From positions 70,975 to 118,197 of the forward strand of contig WELA01001098.1 of assembly GCA_009602735.1 (NCBI GenBank): 47,223 bases of DNA, given 5' to 3'. Each line of letters begins with the position of its first letter. Position 1 is the first letter of the stretch. Shown in pieces: positions 40,755-47,223 of the stretch. A program made the translations under genes and the position numbers. This stretch comes from Mesotaenium endlicherianum. Its lineage: Eukaryota. A model generated the notes under the pieces. The model did not search any database. It had not been told where the DNA came from and was given only the letters and a program-made list of their open reading frames with translations.

Positions 40755-42386
40755 ATGCAGTTGAGGAGTGGAAGACTCTACTACCCTGTGGAGCCTGCGG
40801 AAGGTTTTGATTCAAGCCAGAGTCCACAAGAAAGTGAGACATCTGAGCACACGGATAACCTGTGGAGTGAGCAACCGTCGAGAGACGAGTCTTGCCATAC
40901 TGCCACGAACGGTGAGAATCCGTATAACGCGCGAGCTTTTGTACCCAATTCGAGCAGAGAGCACGACGTGTGGGATAAAGATAGTGAGTCTTGGTCACCG
41001 CTCGAAATGACTGGTGATGATAAGGATGAAAATCCTAAGTTCAAGCTGTCTACAAAGTGTTTTAGTGGACGAACCAGTGGAAATAGTCTCACTTTCGAAG
41101 AGTTTGATGAGATCTATTGGGCTGACTTCTTTGAGAAAATCTGAAAGGATTCTTCTTACACTCAGTCAATTGCCTTTATAAGCTTGGTTCAGTACTTGGA
41201 CAAGGATGCCTTGTTGCTGTATCGCCAATTTCGGAAGGATGAGAACCTTACCCAGGAATGGGCGTTTGACGAGCAAAAGAAGGCGAGAGATTTGAAAATC
41301 CAGAAAGAGGCTGCGAAAGCCCGCCTGTCCGCTTTGTCATCAGGAAGAGCGATACCTGCTGCACCTGTTGAGAGCATAGACTTAGCTGCACTAACACACG
41401 AATTAAGAGATGCCATGAAGCAACTCACCGAGGGTCAGCAGCGAGCGGCTACTCGAGATGATGATGTTGGATCTGTCGCAGAATTGCGTAAAGTGTGTGC
41501 AGAATTGTCTGAAAAGATTGCTAATGCTCAGGAACGAGTAACACGCAGAGCTGCACCTTTTACAGGGCAGCATGGTGATAGTGTCACCACGGAAGCAAGC
41601 CATGCGCAAGCGTTGGCTAGTTGCCGTAGGGATATGGAGGCTGGGGATGACCAGTTAGACTCTGAGCACTGTCTGCGTCGTTTCTTTAAGTTGCTTGAAG
41701 CAACATTCCCAGAGGATCGCAGTCTTAAAGTGCACCGCTATGTGCATTTTGTCCGTCAGAAGAACGAGACAGTGATGGAGGTCAAATCCAGATTGGTAGA
41801 CCTTGCCAAGAAGGCAGGAATCTATGAGCCTAGGATTGTGGCTGACAAATTCTTATTGTGTCTGGGTAAAGATACAGATCGGGAGGTCAGGCCGCACCTA
41901 TCTGCGAAACGCGGAATCGACTGGAACATCGACGAGGGCTGTTGAAATAGCACGCAATATCGAGGAAGGTAAAGTCTGGTACAAGGAGGCTTCCAGGAGC
42001 TTATGGCTCCTGAGAGAAGGGAGGAATCCTTCCAGCCCAAGGCCAATAGCTCTAACTTTCAGTTTAAGAAAAAGAGCGGGTCTTTCAATAGGTTTGCTAA
42101 GCACGCCAACACTGCTGAGACAGCAGAGGGCTGTTGGAACTACGGGAAATCAGGACATCAAAAGAGAGATTGTCCGTACCCGGATGCTAAGCAATTGTCT
42201 GCTAGCAAGGCGCAGGTATGCGCACATTGCAGTAAAAAGGGACACTCAGAAGATGAGTGTTGGTCCACGAATCCAAATCTGAAATCACCATGGGCTAATG
42301 CTGCCACGAAAGAGGCAGATAAGGGTAAGAAAAAGGAGAAAGTTAACTCTGGTAACCGAAGGGTAATCAGAAGTATGATGCTATGA
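40755..42386 (+). pseudogene. gag: Retrotransposon Gag with two zinc knuckles, disrupted
   Basis: Starts MQLRSGRLYYP (ATG 40755); in-frame TGA at 41142-41144; gag-like RQKNETVMEVKSRL...KFLLCL; frameshift near 41937 (IDE/AVEIARNIEEG) restored by ~42000; knuckles CWNYGKSGHQKRDC (second Cys replaced by Tyr) and CAHCSKKGHSEDEC. Confidence 0.8.
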
Positions 42387-42829
42387 GTGCAGAGATTGCA
42401 GAATTGAAAGCTCAATTTGCAAGACCAAATGTGCCTAATGTCTATTATGATGCAGATGTGACCGAAAAGACCGTCTGCAAAGGCGAAAAGCTGACGCCTG
42501 AGAAGGCCGTGGCTGCAACGGTTGCGGAGCGCGCAGATCATGACCGTCTGGTTTGAAGGAATGCTAGGAAGCTTCCTCAGACCTTTCGGATCACTCTCGA
42601 TGAGCACGAGATTGTGCAGCTACGACAAGCCAAGCTTGGGCCACGCAAGACATTTAGTTTTTCGCTGGAAAAGCTGAAGGCTCTGGTGGAACACCGGATT
42701 CAGCACATTCCTTGTCTTTCACTCGCTGATCTGCGTCTTACATATCCTTTCACGATTGAGGAAACCGGACAGCAGCTGGACCTAGCTGAGGAAGGCGCGA
42801 ACAGCGCTTCGCTGCCTACTAATTTCAGC

Positions 42830-43205
42830 ACTATGAGAGTGCAGAACAAGGATGGAGTTTTGACGTTTAACAACTGGGCCGCTCCCAATATCCTATTGGA
42901 CACTGGCGCACAGCCAGTAATCTTGGGAAAGCGAGCTGTGAAAGCTCTGGGATTGACGGTCAGGGACCTGAAAGAAAGTCCTTTGCAGTTGAGGACTGCA
43001 TCTGGGCAGATTTCAAAGTCTTGTGGAATCACCCGCAAGCCTGTGGAAATCACAGTAAACTTGGGGAAACCTGAGGAAGCGTCACTGTTCGTAGAGTGTA
43101 CGGTGACAGAGGCAGAAAACTATGATGTTCTATTGGGGACAGAAGCTTTGATTCCCCTGGGTATGGTCATCGACCTACGGAAGCAGAGGGTGACTTACCA
43201 GTCGA
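42830..43205 (+). pseudogene. pol: Retropepsin-type aspartic protease domain of Pol
   Basis: NILLDTGAQPVILG (DTG from 42899) and YDVLLGTEAL...GMVIDL. Confidence 0.85.
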
Positions 43206-43546
43206 CAGATTGGCAGCCGACAGGAGAAATTCCTGTAAAAATGGTTTGCTCAGGAGAAGCAAAGTACGGACTGCTAGACTGCTGTGTGAATGACCAGTAT
43301 CCAGACCATTATGACCTCATCATGCAACGCAAAGAGAAGATCTACACCAGCATCAACATGCCGACTCCCTTGGTTTGGCAACCTTGGATTATGGAGCAAC
43401 TAGAAGCTGTGAGTAACAGGGACCGTGGCCCGCAAGAGCTGCTGCCAATTCCTTATCCAGTTAAGACTGCTGCCAATTTGATGCCTGGAGTAGACCCATT
43501 GCCGCAAGGCATTGTGAGGATGGAAGATCCTTTTCGCAGGAGAGGA

Positions 43547-44495
43547 GTAGTAGTGCTGGAATTGTTCGCCGGACTTGGTACTGGAACCATCGCACTGATT
43601 CAGCGAGGTATCCGGGTATCCAAAGTGCTGTATGTGGACAATGACAAGAATGTTTTTACAGCATTTGAGGAGGCCATGAGTCAGATGCGGCAAATGTACC
43701 ATTTCAAGGCATTTGTGCCCACTAGTGTGGTGCGTCTTGTTGGAGGAAACATTCTCGATGTGAAGTCTGAGGACCTGTATGATTACAGGATTGACTGGAT
43801 TTTCGCGGGATTCCCTTGTTAACCTTTCTCGCAAGCTGGGAACAGGAGGGGATTCAATGACTCGCGAGCACAACACTGGGGAAGGATGGTGAAGATCATC
43901 AGTATGCTGCGGGAACGCCAGCATCTCTACCCACCAGTGTTTGTGATTGAGAATGTACATCCAGGGATGGATTACAACCAGATGAAGCCAGGAGATCCAT
44001 GGCTGGTCTTCGACTCCACCCTGGGTCATCATGTATTAATCAACGACGCCAGGCACGGAGGACTCTCACACCGAGCCAGACTATTCTGGACCAACGGCAT
44101 GTCCATTGAAATCCTGAGGGAGATGGAGGACATTACGCGGCGCACGCCAACGGCAGTATCTGTGGAAGAAGCACTGATGGTGGAAACCAAGCCAGTAATC
44201 AGGAGGGATTCCTACCCACAGTACGTCGTCAACGAGCCAGGCTGGCCGAGAATGGTGCTGCCCACCTTCACAGCATACCCAGGATCACGCGCTTTCGTGA
44301 ATGGAGGACCAGGAATGGTCAAAGATGTGCACAACAGAGAAGCTCAGTGGAGAGAGCCGACAGCTGAAGAGAAGGGAAGGTGCCTGGGGGTACCCAACTC
44401 CATTGCACAAGAAATTGTTGCAAAGGTGGGACAGGACAACGCTGGGAAGATGTTCGGCAATATGATTGGGCATCACTCCATGACATGGTTGGTAG
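43547..44495 (+). pseudogene. C5-cytosine DNA methyltransferase domain (DNMT3-like motifs) embedded in Pol; nonsense codon in motif IV
   Basis: Motif I VLELFAGLG; motif II LYVDND; motif III GGNILDV; motif IV IFAGFPC*PFSQAG (TAA 43820-43822 where Q is expected); motif VI FVIENV; motif VIII DARHGGLSHRARLFWTN; motif IX REPTAEEKGRCLG; motif X MFGNMI. Same reading frame as protease and RT. Confidence 0.9.
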
Positions 44496-45502
44496 AGACG
44501 ATTATGACTTGGCAACAGATGACGTTCTCTGACAAGCCTATGCCCAGGCCGAGGCCGGTAACGATTGGAGTCCATGTGGTGCCAACCTCTGATCAGAGAG
44601 CTATCAGGGAAGCGTATCAGCGACAAAAAGAATATGCTGTTGAAAGAGACGCAGCTAAGGCTGACCAAGAGGAAACACTCAGAGAAGCCAGAGTGGTGGG
44701 ACTGACCAGGTGTCAAGACATATTGACGCAAATTAACACTCGGATGGCGGCTCTACACGACCCTCTGGAAAGAGAGTTGCGGAGGCTGCAAGAAGACGTA
44801 ACCATGGAAGACCAGGCAACTGGTGCAGCAAACCCTTTGGTGAGCGCTGCAGTAAGCAAATCACAGGAGGTCCCAGCATCTGCAGAACGCTCCAGCCAGG
44901 TAGTTGGGAGGATGTCGGAATGGGAAGATTATACCAATTCTGAGTTACGAAACATGGCCCCAGACCAGGTCTTCGGGAGCCCATCCCCAGAAGCGGTAAC
45001 ATCAAGATATGAAGAACGCCAGTGCAATATTGGCGAATGGGCCGAAGAATGCAGTCAGAATTCAGGAAATTCTGGAGGGTCTGGAAAGACCATTTGCCTG
45101 GAGGTGATTTTTGAAGAACACAAGAAGGAGGCGGCCAAGAGATTGCCCGCCACACTTGCTCGGATGAGCCCAGGGCCAGAGGCCAAAGGGCAACCACAAG
45201 ACACAGTTGGCAGCACAGCTGAGTCGATCACCAGGCAAATCATGGCGCAGTTGCTGGAAGCAGACGCCCCTCGACTCAAGGAAGAAAAAGTGGCGAAAGC
45301 AGCTCTCGCTCTATAGTCAGCTATCATCAACATGGCGAGGCTCAACACAGGAGGGGATGAAGAATTGCCGCCTCCTGGAACAGAAAAGCCTGAGGGCCAG
45401 GTTGAGGGCGGGAAGCCCCCACCTGCACCTAAGGAGTAGCAACTACTGGATGCCTTTGTTGGGGAGAAGCAACCTGAAACTGAGACTTTTGCCATTGGGA
45501 AA

Positions 45503-46890
45503 ATGGTCTCAGCCCAGCAGAGATTACAAGTAGAAAGGTTGCTGAAGAAACACCGCAAGGTATTTGCTTTCACTAAGGAGGAGATTGGTAGAACCACTGC
45601 CAGTGTGTGTGAGATCACACTATCTACTGATAACCCAGTCCGACTAGGGCCGCATAAGCTCAGTCAGACAGAATGGGACTGTGTGGAGAAAACTTGTGAA
45701 GAGTTGCATAAGCTCCGCATGATTGAAAAATCTACCTCAATACATGGGGCTCCTACAGTAGTAGTCGCTAAAAAGGACGAGGCCGGCAATTACACTGCCA
45801 CTCGTATGTGTGGAGATTACAGGCGACTGAATCTCTACACGGAGCCGGATAGCTATGTGATGCCTACGCCGGAAAGGATCTTTGTAATTGCCACCATCGG
45901 AAAGGTGTTCAGCATTATCGATCTGCGCCAAGGCTTCAACCAGATCCCTGTGAAAACAGAATATCGAGGTAAGACTGCTTTCTGAGCTCAAAGGGAACTT
46001 TGGCAATGGACAGTAATGCCATTTGGGCTGAAAAATGCCCCAGCCATATTTCAGAGGACTATGGATAAAGTGCTGGAGGGGCTGGATTTCGCTAAGCCAT
46101 ACATTGACGATGTGGTAGTATTCAGCAAGTCCATAGAGGAGCACCTCGAGCACTTGGAACAAGTGTTCCAGCGCTTGGAGAAATTCCAGATGAAGCTGCA
46201 TCCTGGGAAGTGCAGATTCTTTGAGGCACACGTGCCTTACCTAGGACATGAGATTGGGAACAATGCTATGTCCCCTCAGGCTGTGAAGACTGAGGCTATT
46301 TACAAGATACCTGCACCTGCGAATGTGTCTAAGCTGAAAGCTCTGTTAGGGCTAAGCGGATATTATCGTAAGTTTGTAAAGGATTATAGCAGAATTGCTA
46401 AACCCTTGACGGAACTCCTGAAAAAGGATGTATCTTTTGTGTGGACAGAAGCTCAGGAGAAAGCCATGAACGAGCTTAAGGAGCGGCTGGTAACAGCCCA
46501 AGTCTTGCGAACGCCTGACTACTCCAAACCGTTCAATCTGCACACTGACTGGAGTCGTGTGGGAATTGGCGCAGTACTCACTCAGGCCACAAGCCCTAGA
46601 GAGGAGTATGTCATTGCCTATGCCTCACGCTCTAACAATCGAGCGGAGAGCAACTACTTGTCCTATGAAAGAGAGCTGCTGGCAGTGGTTTGGGCGGTCA
46701 CACACTTCAGAGAGTATCTGTGGGGAAGACCCTTCACACTGATCACGGATCACTCACCATTACTATGGTTGATGAAGAATGGAGACCTCACTGGTAAGTT
46801 GGCTCGCTGGGCTCTTAAGCTGCAAGAGTACCAAATGATGGTAGTGCACGGAGCAGGAGTGCTCAACAACGACGCCGATGGACTCAGCAG
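45503..46890 (+). pseudogene. pol: Reverse transcriptase and RNase H domains of Gypsy Pol
   Basis: RMCGDYRRLN, IDLRQGFNQI, KTAF*(W, TGA 45983-45985), MPFGLKNAPAIFQR, YIDDVVVFS, KLHPGKC, YLGH, LGLSGYYRKFV, HTDWSRVGIGAVLTQ, IAYASR, YERELLAVVWAVTHFREYLWG, TDHSPL, RWALKLQEY, DADGLSR. The frame stays open to the window end. Confidence 0.95.
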
Positions 46891-47223
46891 GAACCCATAC
46901 CCATCTTCAGACGACAGAACAGGAGCTCAAGAGGACGAAGACCCGAGCAGCCCAGCAGAGTTAGTGGCTTGCCTAACCGAAATGGCTGGAATGGTAGCAT
47001 CAGGTGAAGCTGAGCCTCTACCCCTGTTCAGTACAGAGATCTGGAAAGATCAAGCTACTATACACTGGCTGAAGACGGGAACTCACTTGGAAGGGCTATC
47101 GGTGAAGGAGAAGGACCAGGTAAGCCATCGAGCTAAAAGGTTTTGCTGGAAATGCAACAACCTCTTCAGAATTGAAGAAACTGGTCAGGAGAAGTTAGTG
47201 CCAGAACCCATCAGGAGACGAGC

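Larger units (their letters stand above)
39069..47223 (+). mobile_element. Ty3/Gypsy LTR retrotransposon carrying a cytosine DNA methyltransferase domain; degenerate; continues beyond the window
   Basis: Order Gag (2 CCHC knuckles), aspartic protease, DNMT, RT (YIDD), RNase H, then pre-integrase linker at the window end. RT-RH ahead of any integrase and Gypsy-type RT/RH motifs. Putative LTR begins TGTCGCG at 39069 (boundary inferred). Confidence 0.92.

Noticed and set aside
42356..42386. Programmed -1 gag-pol ribosomal frameshift
   Set aside because: The frame does change here, but there is no X-XXY-YYZ slippery heptamer and the element has other indels; a decay mutation is simpler. An intact copy is needed to decide.
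43547..44495. Bacterial restriction-modification methylase contamination or a stand-alone host DNMT gene
   Set aside because: The domain is intronless and in frame with flanking retroelement protease and RT, has no separate start/stop, and shows the same decay pattern as the rest of Pol.

Overview
Eukaryotic, intron-rich nuclear DNA from a plant-lineage organism; the microsatellite-laden introns and gene set suggest a streptophyte (charophyte-type) alga, which is my inference. Contents in order: (1) the last two exons of a plant-type S8 subtilase (+, 612-2368); (2) an AT-rich spacer and one unassigned ORF; (3) a TTM1/2-like uridine-kinase+CYTH triphosphate tunnel metalloenzyme gene (+, 7485-21099), with one required exon missing at a 1.6-kb poly-C assembly artefact; (4) a complete 15-exon ABC1K7-like kinase gene (-, 25513-38281); (5) a degenerate Ty3/Gypsy LTR retrotransposon (+, ~39069 to beyond the window end). 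The most striking feature is a C5-cytosine DNA methyltransferase domain (motifs I, IV, VI, VIII, IX, X; DNMT3-like motif VIII) in the Pol frame between protease and reverse transcriptase. All six internal nonsense codons of the element are explicable as C>T/G>A transitions, one in the catalytic PCQ motif, and its putative 5' LTR start is triplicated (3x161 bp). Also seen: short tandem duplications spanning exon boundaries in all three host genes, and a 16-bp-period TGTCTC array upstream of the TTM gene. Family assignments come from recalled motifs and homologues; no database search was run.
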